Virus record (IMG/VR): IMGVR_UViG_3300017700_000404
Coordinates: 1-44,023 of that record
Strand: one strand, 5' to 3'
Origin: a virus
Taxonomy: Duplodnaviria > Caudoviricetes
Length of the DNA: 44,023 nucleotides
This document shows, piece after piece, positions 1 to 8,608 of the stretch. The stretch's first letter is position 1; every line of letters begins with the position of its first letter. The notes under the pieces were generated by a model, which searched no databases, was not told where the DNA came from, and was given only the letters and a program-made list of their open reading frames with translations. The position numbers were made by a program, and so were the translations under genes.

Positions 1-123
1 AGCTCTTTGCCGCTCCGGCTACCAAGAACAATTGAGTTAGAGTAGGTGCTACTACTAGCAAATTTGTGCTTGCCATTTACCTTCTCTGCATAAATAACAT
101 CATCAAAGTACTTGGCAAATGTC
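1..123. repeat. Terminal direct repeat / circular assembly overlap (copy 1)
   Basis: 1-123 is identical to 43901-44023, and a reading frame runs through the junction. Confidence 0.95.
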
Positions 124-752
124 TTGGAGAACTGGCTGGTGCCGCCAATGGGAACAATCTTCTTGCTCTTGTCTTGCATCTCAACTAGCTGCTCATGACT
201 AATGGCAACTACATTGAATGCTGCTTGCTGCATGATGGAAAAGATTCTATCCATGATGCGGCCTTGATTGAAGTAGTCATCCCAGTCAGGCTTAGCATCG
301 AACTTGTCCTTGGCAATCAGATCTTTCTGAATGTCATTCATCGCAGATGCTGCAAGTTGCGAGACAGAATCAATGACAAGTACATCGTTGTTAGTGAATG
401 TGCTCAGATCCATTGCTACTCGTGGAGCACCAGACTTGGTGCAGTCAGGACAGTCCCAAGCACCATGAACTTCACAGATGGTTCCAGGTTTTCCCTTAAT
501 CATCTTGAGAATAGTCCTAGCAGCGATAGGGAATATCTGAGTATCAGGTATCTTAAACAGTTCAATGTTAGCACGCATGGCGGGAGTAATCCGTGGAGAG
601 TGCATCAATGTCTTGATACCATCTTCTAGATCAAACCACCAGAGTTTGTGAGTTGCTGCTAGCTGACCAACGAAATCAGTCTTGCCAGTCTTAGGTGCGC
701 CGTAGACAAGAATCTTACGGGCCATTGATTGTTCGTAGTCTGTGAGTTTCAT
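1..752 (-). CDS. Sak4-like / AAA_24 P-loop ATPase, 5' part (265 aa in total, continuing at 43900->43855); absent from the ORF track
   Basis: Manual translation MKLTDYEQSMARKILVYGAPKTGKT (Walker A)...VLVIDSVSQL (Walker B)...VVAISHE...YFDDVIY; ATGA overlap with the upstream ORF; lies between a Cas4-like nuclease and an SSB-like gene. Confidence 0.8.
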   Translation of the reverse strand, partial: MKLTDYEQSMARKILVYGAPKTGKTDFVGQLAATHKLWWFDLEDGIKTLMHSPRITPAMRANIELFKIPDTQIFPIAARTILKMIKGKPGTICEVHGAWDCPDCTKSGAPRVAMDLSTFTNNDVLVIDSVSQLAASAMNDIQKDLIAKDKFDAKPDWDDYFNQGRIMDRIFSIMQQAAFNVVAISHEQLVEMQDKSKKIVPIGGTSQFSKTFAKYFDDVIYAEKVNGKHKFASSSTYSNSIVLGSRSGKE

Positions 753-970
753 GCTGCGCTCTCTTGTTCTTTCATTGCAATTGAGTAACCAAACCACATA
801 GCAGAGATAGCCTCATCTACATACTCTCCTTTTTCGTTCTTTTTCATGAGCTCTGCTTTTCTAATGTTAGTACACTCAGCAAACTGCTTGTTAGGTACAA
901 ACTTAACTGAGGAAATAAAGAACTTACTGAATACCTTATCTTCAAAGTGATCTTGTGATAGGGTCATCAC
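749..970 (-). CDS. Hypothetical protein
   Basis: Coupled to neighbours by overlapping start/stop; GEYVDEAISAMWFGY motif typical of small phage proteins. Confidence 0.7.
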   Translation of the reverse strand: MMTLSQDHFEDKVFSKFFISSVKFVPNKQFAECTNIRKAELMKKNEKGEYVDEAISAMWFGYSIAMKEQESAA

Positions 971-2091
971 GATGCTTTCTCCTGTTGTGTTGCTACCAGA
1001 TCATCTAACTTAAAGACAAAGTCGAGTGCTTCAATGCTGTGTAGTTCTTCTGCTGGCAGCTGCTTGAGTTCTAGTCCTGGGAACAATGACTCATTCCTCA
1101 TTGTGCAGTTGCCGAACCACTGGCACTTAAAGCCGTAACGATTGATACAGTTTTCTCCTCTCTTAGGATAAAACTTAATTCGTTTATAGGTATCGAGACT
1201 AGCATGGTCGAGGAGAGTATCTTGTAACCATTCGGCGCGCTGGCTACGAGTCTTTCCAAAAGGGAGAAGCTGGAACTCCCGGGATTTACTACTATATACA
1301 ATGTAGAGGACCTCGTATTCTGTTCCATCAGCGCCTATCTCCTTAGCTATTGCATCGACAACAACACTGTAGCCAAGAGCTTGACTACTGTTAGCATACA
1401 TTGCTTCATCTACATTCTCAAAGCCAGTAGTCTTACCTTCCCAGACTGCTAGCTTACCTGTTACTCTATTCCGTAGCAGTACGTCGATGTGACCAAAGTG
1501 ATAGCGGCCATTCTGAAAGTCAACAGCAAATGCTAGCTCGACAGCTTTCTTGCCACTTGGTAGTACTACTACTTCCCACTCGCTCATGTTCTCTTGCCAC
1601 CACCATGCAAATTTCTCTACTGCTAGCGTAGCATAGGCAAGACTCTTGCCAGTCCACTGGTCACGCTTATCTAGTTTCTCCGCATCCCAAGGTGCTTTCC
1701 AAGCAAGCATAGCAGCAAAGATAGCAGAAGTAACAGAGCCAGTAGCAGCATAGGTCTGTATGCCAGCTCCGACAGCATGACCATAAGCAAAATCGAGATT
1801 GACAAACTCCACAGGCTCACGACTGCTAGGATGGTTGGCTTGTAGTTTATTAAGTTCATACGCCCTCGGACATTGGTGAAGTGCTGATAGCAGCGAGAAG
1901 CTAGTTACATTTTCTCTGCTGGTAAGTTCTCGGTACGCTTTGTCAGATGTATTTGCGCTGATAGCCTTAGCTTCTCCAAGCGACTGAGATTCGGATTGGT
2001 TCCAATTGCTGCTAGTTGTTCCGCTCTCACTGCTTCCAGAGAATGTGAGCTCATCCAGTCTAGCGAAGGGGTCTGGTTTGTTAGTGGCCAT
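967..2091 (-). CDS. PD-(D/E)XK Cas4/RecB-like exonuclease
   Basis: SFS...CPR, GHAVG, GHIDVLL, WEGKTT, QALGYS motifs; one N-terminal plus three C-terminal Cys (Fe-S-type arrangement). Confidence 0.85.
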   Translation of the reverse strand: MATNKPDPFARLDELTFSGSSESGTTSSNWNQSESQSLGEAKAISANTSDKAYRELTSRENVTSFSLLSALHQCPRAYELNKLQANHPSSREPVEFVNLDFAYGHAVGAGIQTYAATGSVTSAIFAAMLAWKAPWDAEKLDKRDQWTGKSLAYATLAVEKFAWWWQENMSEWEVVVLPSGKKAVELAFAVDFQNGRYHFGHIDVLLRNRVTGKLAVWEGKTTGFENVDEAMYANSSQALGYSVVVDAIAKEIGADGTEYEVLYIVYSSKSREFQLLPFGKTRSQRAEWLQDTLLDHASLDTYKRIKFYPKRGENCINRYGFKCQWFGNCTMRNESLFPGLELKQLPAEELHSIEALDFVFKLDDLVATQQEKAS

Positions 2092-2428
2092 CTTTGACTC
2101 GCAAATTCCAATGCAGATGAGAATACTCGAACATATTCATAGGTTTTAAGGGAGCTGCTACATCCTTCACAGCATAAGTGAAGTCCGGTAGCAGTGATAA
2201 TTCTTTTGCAAAAATAACAGAGTCCGTGCCCGCTATCAGTTCTATAACTATGATAGTAGCACTTGGATGCAAAGCAATAAGCCTCCGCAGGCCAAGCTCC
2301 AACAGCTTGGAGTAACTGGAATGCAACTCCACTGGCAGGGTTGGCGCTGTATGGTCTGCTACTGTTCCCAACTCTCCACTGAAAATTCCAAGGAAGTCGG
2401 AGCGTGGTATGACGTACTGCGTGTGCAT
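2081..2428 (-). CDS. Hypothetical protein
   Basis: ORF in operon orientation, overlapping the nuclease start. Confidence 0.55.
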   Translation of the reverse strand: MHTQYVIPRSDFLGIFSGELGTVADHTAPTLPVELHSSYSKLLELGLRRLIALHPSATIIVIELIAGTDSVIFAKELSLLPDFTYAVKDVAAPLKPMNMFEYSHLHWNLRVKDGH

Positions 2429-2444
2429 ATGCTGTTGCCATGAC

Positions 2445-2585
2445 TCAAGTAAAGAGCAGCCAGTAAGCGACTAGCACAATTACAATTCCCCAAGTAATGG
2501 AATCAATAATCCTAGGCCAGTACTCATTCTTCTTGTCTTCTACTTCTGCCAGTGCTTCCAGATCAGAGCGGTTGTCGGAGTTCAT
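2445..2585 (-). CDS. Small membrane protein (46 aa), not in the ORF track
   Basis: MNSDNRSDLEALAEVEDKKNEYWPRIIDSITWGIVIVLVAYWLLFT; ATGA overlap; C-terminal hydrophobic helix. Confidence 0.65.
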   Translation of the reverse strand: MNSDNRSDLEALAEVEDKKNEYWPRIIDSITWGIVIVLVAYWLLFT

Positions 2586-2965
2586 AGATCATCCAATCCA
2601 AGTTTAGCAGTGCGATTAGCTGCTGCTGCTTTACCTTTCTTGCCACTGAGTTCTGCTGCAAGCATGGTGTTGGTGTGTTGCTGTTGCGCACCTACTATCT
2701 TGCCAATTTCTTCATTGGTGAGTAGGTGAACTAGTTCCTCGTGCTGATTCAGTTCTTTGTGAATAGCACCGAGGTGGACTTTCATCATTGGATCGCGAGC
2801 TAGCAGTGCTGCTTCCAGCTGAGCTAGTCTATCAATGACTACGAAGTGAACAGGATTACTAGCATCAAGCTTGGGAGTTTCTGCTAGCGGCGCGGCCATC
2901 AGTGCAGCACCAGGAACTTCTTCCTCGCCGCTGGTTTCTTCTGCTGGAATATTTTCTGTTGTCAT
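2582..2965 (-). CDS. Hypothetical helical protein ending LGLDDL
   Basis: ATGA-coupled ORF. Confidence 0.75.
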   Translation of the reverse strand: MTTENIPAEETSGEEEVPGAALMAAPLAETPKLDASNPVHFVVIDRLAQLEAALLARDPMMKVHLGAIHKELNQHEELVHLLTNEEIGKIVGAQQQHTNTMLAAELSGKKGKAAAANRTAKLGLDDL

Positions 2966-3153
2966 GACTTGTTTGAGTAGATAAGAATGGAAGTACTGGG
3001 TTTGAGCACTGGCATATCTAACGATGCCATTACCTGAGTGAACACCCCTGTTACTGGAACTTCTGCTGTGTTACCAAGTCTCAGCATTACTTCACAGTCT
3101 AGCTGACCTACTGGTAGCTTTTGCAGGATGCGGATAAGCTCAGAGACTTTCAT
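2962..3153 (-). CDS. Hypothetical protein
   Basis: ATGA-coupled; MKVSELIRILQKLP is a common small phage protein start. Confidence 0.7.
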   Translation of the reverse strand: MKVSELIRILQKLPVGQLDCEVMLRLGNTAEVPVTGVFTQVMASLDMPVLKPSTSILIYSNKS

Positions 3154-3398
3154 TGCATTGGTCCTACTGCTGTGAGATCTGTGACTTGTCCGTTTGTTAT
3201 TTCTTTCTCAGTCAGCAGTTTCATGGCTGCTAACCTAATGACCTGCTGCAAGTCATCTATCACAGATTCTGGCAGTGGATAGATGGTGATAGTGAGTCTC
3301 TTGATAGCTGGATTTTCTTCGTGCTCTTCTAATGTGCCATGCACATGCACACCAGTGCAAGCTATTAGTTCTTCAGCAGTGAAGTCTTTTATATTCAT
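3150..3398 (-). CDS. Hypothetical protein
   Basis: Coupled ORF with GAGG RBS. Confidence 0.7.
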   Translation of the reverse strand: MNIKDFTAEELIACTGVHVHGTLEEHEENPAIKRLTITIYPLPESVIDDLQQVIRLAAMKLLTEKEITNGQVTDLTAVGPMQ

Positions 3399-3399
3399 G

Positions 3400-3723
3400 T
3401 TAGTGCCTCGTTACGCCACGTTTCTTCCACAAAGCTTGCAGATACTCAGTGCAGATAGCATCTACTCTGCTGCTGTCAAGCACCACATTCAAGTCGAGAG
3501 CATCATTCATAGTCTCGACAAAGATGTTAGCAGCATACGCCATTGGCCATCCGACTAACTGCCAGAGTGTAGGCCAGTGAGCTACTAGTTCTTTCCTCAG
3601 CTCATTGTAGCTTTCAGGAAACATGTAGATCTTCTGGTCGAAGTTCTTATCCTTAGCTGCACGAGACTCCATATCATGGTGATGGAGTCCTTTCTCTTTG
3701 TCAGTGCGCTGGTCGATCGTCAT
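3400..3723 (-). CDS. Hypothetical protein (probable start ATG 3723, MTIDQRT)
   Basis: GGAG RBS and ATGA overlap support the downstream start. Confidence 0.7.
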   Translation of the reverse strand: MTIDQRTDKEKGLHHHDMESRAAKDKNFDQKIYMFPESYNELRKELVAHWPTLWQLVGWPMAYAANIFVETMNDALDLNVVLDSSRVDAICTEYLQALWKKRGVTRH

Positions 3724-3875
3724 TTGAACAGAACTCCTGCAACGAAGCAAGCTATGACTAGCAAGAATAAATAAGTATGACGTATCCAGTCTTCAAAGTC
3801 ATAGTACTTGCAGTGCAATACTATAGATATAAGCTGCACAAGCAGAAAGAACCCTGGAATTATTAGCCAAATCAC
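3720..3875 (-). CDS. Small two-TM membrane protein (51 aa), not in the ORF track
   Basis: GTG start; MIWLIIPGFFLLVQLISIVLHCKYYDFEDWIRHTYLFLLVIACFVAGVLFK; overlaps both neighbours by GTGA/ATGA. Confidence 0.65.
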   Translation of the reverse strand: MIWLIIPGFFLLVQLISIVLHCKYYDFEDWIRHTYLFLLVIACFVAGVLFK

Positions 3876-4135
3876 AACTTACTCCCATCCCATAGCAGGG
3901 AAAAATAAACAACAACAAACTGAGGATCTTTCTTCACAGTATCTTCAGTCCACCTAATACTTAGCAATCCTGGCCTAGGCATTCCTACCTTCTTCTTGAC
4001 TGCTACTTCCTTTGTTTTCTCTAACTTAACAGCTTGAATGAGCCGACGCCTAGCATCAGCATGAACGCGGACAGCCAGTTCTTCCTTAACTGGAAGTTTC
4101 TTAAGCTCTAGCCAGATACGTTCGTATTGTCGCAT
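3872..4135 (-). CDS. Hypothetical basic protein
   Basis: ORF in operon. Confidence 0.7.
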   Translation of the reverse strand: MRQYERIWLELKKLPVKEELAVRVHADARRRLIQAVKLEKTKEVAVKKKVGMPRPGLLSIRWTEDTVKKDPQFVVVYFSLLWDGSKL

Positions 4136-4389
4136 GTTATTAGTGTGTACTCAATTAGATTCTTCTCCCGCGGCTCAAGGAGAAACTCATAGCCGTCTTC
4201 TACTTTTTTCCTGCACAGGCTGCACGCTGCTAAGTCATCTTCAAGGAAGCCAAGAGAATCTAAGTCCGTCTTGTACTTACTCCACTTCTTGCTTAGCTGT
4301 ATCCTGAGACTCTCTGCCTTTGACTTGTCTAATTGTACCGTCACACGACGTTCAAGTACTAGAGTATCAAAGATATCTTGGAGTGTCAT
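4108..4389 (-). CDS. Hypothetical protein
   Basis: ORF with AGGA RBS. Confidence 0.7.
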   Translation of the reverse strand: MTLQDIFDTLVLERRVTVQLDKSKAESLRIQLSKKWSKYKTDLDSLGFLEDDLAACSLCRKKVEDGYEFLLEPREKNLIEYTLITCDNTNVSG

Positions 4390-4409
4390 AGTCCTAGTGG
4401 TTGCTGTTA

Positions 4410-4486
4410 GGTGAGAGAGTTAGCGACTGCCTAAGCAGAGGCGCACTCTTTGGAATGCCACCCGAGATATATCTAACCCTCTCACC
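4410..4486 (-). ncRNA. Predicted structured RNA element (14-bp closing stem with two internal hairpins)
   Basis: GGTGAGAGGGTTAG pairs with CTAACTCTCTCACC; inner GCATTC-CAAA-GAGTGC and CTGC-TTAG-GCAG; mismatches are G.U only on the minus strand. Confidence 0.4.
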
Positions 4487-4510
4487 AAAAAACCCCACCG
4501 AAGTGGGGTT
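4487..4510 (-). terminator. Rho-independent terminator
   Basis: AACCCCAC-TTCG-GTGGGGTT followed by a T-run, downstream of 4552-5364. Confidence 0.85.
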
Positions 4511-4551
4511 CTTAAGTACTCAGTAGCCTGAGTGGTTAGTAACCTTAGAGG

Positions 4552-5364
4552 TTACAGATCATCCATCGTGATCTTTTCTTCCACTTTCAGCATACGAGCC
4601 AGACGATTCTGGTAGTACTCGATGACTTCCTCATGTTCCTCAGCAACTTCTGCAGGAGCTTTGGTGAGGTAGATAGCGAAAGCATCCTGGAAGAATTCCA
4701 GAATATCTTTCTGTGCCCGCTGTTTCTTGAAGCCAGTAGCGATGATATCGCAATGGTTCTTGATCTTCGCAGGGTCCTTGCCAGTAGCAGCAGGCATGAT
4801 TTCCAAGTAGCTGTCGAGGAATGCTTTCACATCCTCATCAGCAGGAACAAAGCTACCACGCTCAGACTTGGGCATGTTAGCAATGGCAGTCCAGTCCAGC
4901 TTGTCATAGTTGATGACAGCAGCAGTAACTGCATCGTTAGGATTCTTCTCACGGAACTCATTGATCTGGCCACGAGTAACACCAAAGATCACCGAATGAA
5001 TTGCAGAGTTCAGCAACTCAACTTCTTTGGCAAACTTGCCAGTAGTGTCAGTCAGAAACTCAACGATGCGGGAAGCTTTCGGAACTGGCAAGTGAATCTT
5101 GACAGAAGGAGGCTTCTTACCTTTGATGGTTTCAATGACAGCACCAGTTGCTTCATCCTTGATTACAGTGTCTTTGTCAGTCTTGAAGTGGAAAGCAGTT
5201 TCCTGCATGTTGACAAACTCGTTGATTGGAGTGGGTGCTGGTGCAGCAGGTTCCTGGGGAGTAGCGTTACCGCCGCCAGTATCTTCTGCCATGTTCATGC
5301 GAAGGCCTGCTGTGATGCCTGCCAGCATTGCGATCAGGCTGTAAGAGTTATAAGTCGATTTCAT
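4552..5364 (-). CDS. Hypothetical protein (270 aa) with its own promoter and terminator, ending ITMDDL
   Basis: AGGA RBS, sigma70 promoter upstream, terminator downstream. Confidence 0.85.
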   Translation of the reverse strand: MKSTYNSYSLIAMLAGITAGLRMNMAEDTGGGNATPQEPAAPAPTPINEFVNMQETAFHFKTDKDTVIKDEATGAVIETIKGKKPPSVKIHLPVPKASRIVEFLTDTTGKFAKEVELLNSAIHSVIFGVTRGQINEFREKNPNDAVTAAVINYDKLDWTAIANMPKSERGSFVPADEDVKAFLDSYLEIMPAATGKDPAKIKNHCDIIATGFKKQRAQKDILEFFQDAFAIYLTKAPAEVAEEHEEVIEYYQNRLARMLKVEEKITMDDL

Positions 5365-5425
5365 TTGCTAGTTCCTAAAGGTTGGTTTGGTTAAATCCCG
5401 CACACGAATTTTGTGCAGGTGATGA

Positions 5426-5454
5426 AGTATCTCACGTATCCCTTGTCTTGTCAA
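5426..5454 (-). promoter_or_regulatory. Sigma70-type promoter TTGACA-N17-GATACT with extended -10 TG
   Basis: Minus strand GGGGTTGACAagacaagggatacgTGaGATACT. Confidence 0.75.
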
Positions 5455-5780
5455 CCCCCTGTTTGCTTTGTTGCTAGGGAGATGCTCTTACCAACATCTT
5501 GCATGAGTTCATCAGTATCAATCTCTCTTGCTTGTAGAGATTCCATAAGCCGTTTACCTTCTGCACTAAGAGCTGGCAGGATGACAGCAACATTCATGAA
5601 CGTAGTAGTTCTACGCTGGTCACCAAGTACCAGTTGCACTGTCGGCAGTCCTTGTCCAGCAGTGGCCATACCACAGAAGTATGCGATCTGGTTGAAGCTG
5701 TTAATATCAGCAGCAAGTCGCTGAATGTATTGGGTTTGAGTTTCTGCCGGAGTAGCAGAACTTGTGTCGGGAGTAATCAT
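5451..5780 (-). CDS. Hypothetical protein
   Basis: Coupled ORF. Confidence 0.65.
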   Translation of the reverse strand: MITPDTSSATPAETQTQYIQRLAADINSFNQIAYFCGMATAGQGLPTVQLVLGDQRRTTTFMNVAVILPALSAEGKRLMESLQAREIDTDELMQDVGKSISLATKQTGG

Positions 5781-6205
5781 TTAATTTTCTCTCTCCATGT
5801 GTGAGTAATTGCTGGATAAGCTTTACGAAATTTAGCTACCAGCACTTGAGCTTGTTCGATCTTATCTTCCTTGGGATTTGTTGCTTCCCACTTCTCTCCT
5901 TCTATTAATGAGCTGTCGCCGATTGGTATTAGATAACACTGTTGTATGCCTCTTCTACTGCCTACGCAACTGCGCCTGCAATGTACTAAAAATTCCTCGC
6001 TTTCTACTTGCCAGCTGATTCCATTAGAGTAGCGAAGTCTGTGATGTTCTCCGCAGATAGGACATATTACCTCTGAAGGGGTTCGTTCTTTAATAGTTAC
6101 TATTTTATTGTTATCTGTGGAGTCAATAAAATAGCTGGGTATCCCCCTAATAATACACATCACACCCGGTGCATGTTTCATTCCACCTTGTAGTCTGTCA
6201 GTCAT
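5777..6205 (-). CDS. Hypothetical protein with CxxC motif
   Basis: CPICGEHH; ATGA-coupled. Confidence 0.65.
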   Translation of the reverse strand: MTDRLQGGMKHAPGVMCIIRGIPSYFIDSTDNNKIVTIKERTPSEVICPICGEHHRLRYSNGISWQVESEEFLVHCRRSCVGSRRGIQQCYLIPIGDSSLIEGEKWEATNPKEDKIEQAQVLVAKFRKAYPAITHTWREKIK

Positions 6206-6519
6206 AGCTGCTCCTTGAATGTTAGCTTCACTTCCACTACTGGCTCTACTTCTTCAGTAGCTGGGATTGCCCACACTCTGCCAGTACCTAAGTTGATAAT
6301 AGCTACAGTTTCTGGAGAATTGTGTGCCATTTTAGGAGTTGCTACTTCCTTGCATTCTACCACCATGCAGAGACTGCCGCATCGTAAGAAACAGTCGCCA
6401 CGCTGTAGTTCAATAGCCTTAATAGGCTTCTCAGCTTCTGGCAATTCAGTCACGTTAGTTATCTGAAGCATGCTAGGATACTTCAGTGTCTTTAATTCCT
6501 TCTTTGTGCGTGTGTTCAT
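6202..6519 (-). CDS. Hypothetical protein
   Basis: Coupled ORF, GGAG RBS. Confidence 0.7.
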   Translation of the reverse strand: MNTRTKKELKTLKYPSMLQITNVTELPEAEKPIKAIELQRGDCFLRCGSLCMVVECKEVATPKMAHNSPETVAIINLGTGRVWAIPATEEVEPVVEVKLTFKEQL

Positions 6520-8300
6520 TCTGTATCTCCTTCTTCAATTAGTACCAACTTACCTTGCTTGTCCTGAGACTCTCTTGCTTCTTTGTCAAAGCGTTCTTTC
6601 AAGCTAACAAGTTTCTCAGCAAGAGAGTTACCTTTCAACCTTGGCTTCTTAGCACTGCTGCTAAGCGTCCCGCTCTTCATTCCTCTGTCAGGTTCTACTA
6701 TCATGTACAGTTCATTCTTAGCACGAGTCATGCCAGTATACATAAGTTCTCTGCTGCACATTTGAGCATGGCTGCTATGCAAGATGAAGAATACTTTCCG
6801 CCACTCACTACCTTGTGACTTATGAACAGTGATAGCATACGCAAACACCATGTCATTAACTTCAGCAGCAGTCTTAAGTTCAGCAGTGCTACCAACACCT
6901 TCATCATCCTCAGCACCGAGGAACCTAACAGTTATCTCATGGCTGGCAGTAGTAACCCTGTCAGTAACAACAGTGATCTGCATGGAGTCCATGAAAGCAT
7001 CAACATCAAAGTCGTCACCTTGCAAGTCCAAACCAGTAGCTCTCTCTAGCTCAGTAGTGCGCTTAGTCAAGCCACCATACCTGTCGATCTTGTACTTGGT
7101 AATATCTACTGGCTGCTTACCAGCATACTTGCTGTTCCGCTTGATACCAGTGATGATAGCTTCCTGCTTACGCACTAGCACCTTGTCACCAATGGCATAG
7201 TAATGAGTGTTGAAGCCAGCAATAACTTCCACTACCTCAGCTTCTCGCTGTCGACCAAGGTAATCAGCAATTGCTAGGTTAAGATCAATCACTCCGAATT
7301 TAACATTGAATGGGCAGAGAATGATATCCTGCATTGGGTCTAGCGCACCTTCCTTAATAGCAGCTTTGCAGAAACTCTCTGCTTTGTTTAGTGCGTCTTC
7401 CCAAGACAGTGACTTGCCCCAAGGATGGATTGTTACCTTGCCATGCTCGCCATTGTCTTCTACTATCTTCTGGCTACCTACTGGTGTCAGTGCGCCATCC
7501 TTCATCTGGATAGCATAACGAATGATAGGAGATTCTAATGCTTGACGGTAGACCCTTGTCAGTTCCACGATAGGCAACTCAAGGAGTTTCTTACCTAGCA
7601 CGGGGCCACCGTAGACAGGAGGTAACTGGTTAAGATCACCAAGGAAGATAAACTGCACGCTATCAGGGTCAGGCAGTGCTGCTACTAGCAAGTCATACAG
7701 TGCCATGTCAACCATTGAGCTTTCATCAATAATGATAGTAGTCAGTGCTCGCGGTAACGGATTCAGCTTGTTCCTAGTTGGTACAAACTCCATCTTACGG
7801 ATAGGCTCGCCAGCTTCATTAACTGCATCATAGTAGATAGGTGCATACTCAAGCAGCTTGTGGATAGTAACGCATGTTATGTCTCCACGGAAGTGCTTGG
7901 CTACTTGCCTAACTGCCATGTTTGTGAAGCTAACAAGGACGATGCCGGGAGTATTCCCAGCCAGCCACTTGGTACTCTGATCTGGAGGAATTGGTGCTAT
8001 GAGATTGTTCCCTAGCAAGGAGTACACAACACCCTTGAGTGTGGTAGTCTTACCAGTACCTGCTGCTCCGATAAGGCAGAAGGTCTTACGAGCAAGCCCC
8101 ATGTTGATGGCATTTAACTGCTCAGCATTCCAGTCCACACTCCTATCAATCTTCCAGCCAAAGCTGTGAAGTGATGGAACTGAAATGTTAGTAGCAGCTA
8201 GTACTTTCTCGTGCTGCACTTTGATCTTAGCTTCTTCTGCTGCCTTGATCTGAACTAGTCGCAGCTTAGCTTTCTCAATAGCTGTGAGGGATGCTATCAT
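6516..8300 (-). CDS. SF1B RecD/Dda-like DNA helicase
   Basis: GAAGTGKTT, TIHKLL, IIIDESSMV, GDLNQLPPV, LTRVYRQ, AYAITVHKSQGSEW, YTGMTRAK. Confidence 0.95.
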   Translation of the reverse strand: MIASLTAIEKAKLRLVQIKAAEEAKIKVQHEKVLAATNISVPSLHSFGWKIDRSVDWNAEQLNAINMGLARKTFCLIGAAGTGKTTTLKGVVYSLLGNNLIAPIPPDQSTKWLAGNTPGIVLVSFTNMAVRQVAKHFRGDITCVTIHKLLEYAPIYYDAVNEAGEPIRKMEFVPTRNKLNPLPRALTTIIIDESSMVDMALYDLLVAALPDPDSVQFIFLGDLNQLPPVYGGPVLGKKLLELPIVELTRVYRQALESPIIRYAIQMKDGALTPVGSQKIVEDNGEHGKVTIHPWGKSLSWEDALNKAESFCKAAIKEGALDPMQDIILCPFNVKFGVIDLNLAIADYLGRQREAEVVEVIAGFNTHYYAIGDKVLVRKQEAIITGIKRNSKYAGKQPVDITKYKIDRYGGLTKRTTELERATGLDLQGDDFDVDAFMDSMQITVVTDRVTTASHEITVRFLGAEDDEGVGSTAELKTAAEVNDMVFAYAITVHKSQGSEWRKVFFILHSSHAQMCSRELMYTGMTRAKNELYMIVEPDRGMKSGTLSSSAKKPRLKGNSLAEKLVSLKERFDKEARESQDKQGKLVLIEEGDTE

Positions 8301-8608
8301 GGTTTCTTACCCTTGTACTTATTCATCTCTTGTTTCCACTGGGCTTTCTTCTTTGGAAGTTTTTGAAAAGCAGATAACTCTACTGATTCAAAAAGCTTGC
8401 TAAGCTTCAACTCATGCACTGTTGCGCAGTAGTCATCTATTATCAGGCAATCAGGTTGAATGCCAGCAATTCTAGTCTCTGCTGCTTGTATGTCTAAGTA
8501 GACTAGCTCGGCTCCTAGCTCTTTCAATTGCTCAAGCATCCAAGTATGAGATGCAGTACCTGAACCGAAGACAGCAACTCGTAAGCGTTTTGGAACTGTA
8601 GGTTCCAT
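8297..8608 (-). CDS. Hypothetical protein
   Basis: Coupled ORF; basic C-terminus KKKAQWKQE. Confidence 0.7.
   Translation of the reverse strand: MEPTVPKRLRVAVFGSGTASHTWMLEQLKELGAELVYLDIQAAETRIAGIQPDCLIIDDYCATVHELKLSKLFESVELSAFQKLPKKKAQWKQEMNKYKGKKP

Noticed and set aside
195-629. 144-aa plus-strand ORF
   Set aside because: Antisense shadow of the Sak4-like ATPase that the ORF track missed because it spans the junction
967-2091. Cas4 as part of a CRISPR system
   Set aside because: No repeat-spacer array or other cas genes; stand-alone Cas4-like nucleases are common in phage recombination modules
4410-4490. tRNA on the plus strand (GGTGAGA...TCTCACCA)
   Set aside because: No TTCRA T-loop or proper D and anticodon arms; pairing favours the minus strand
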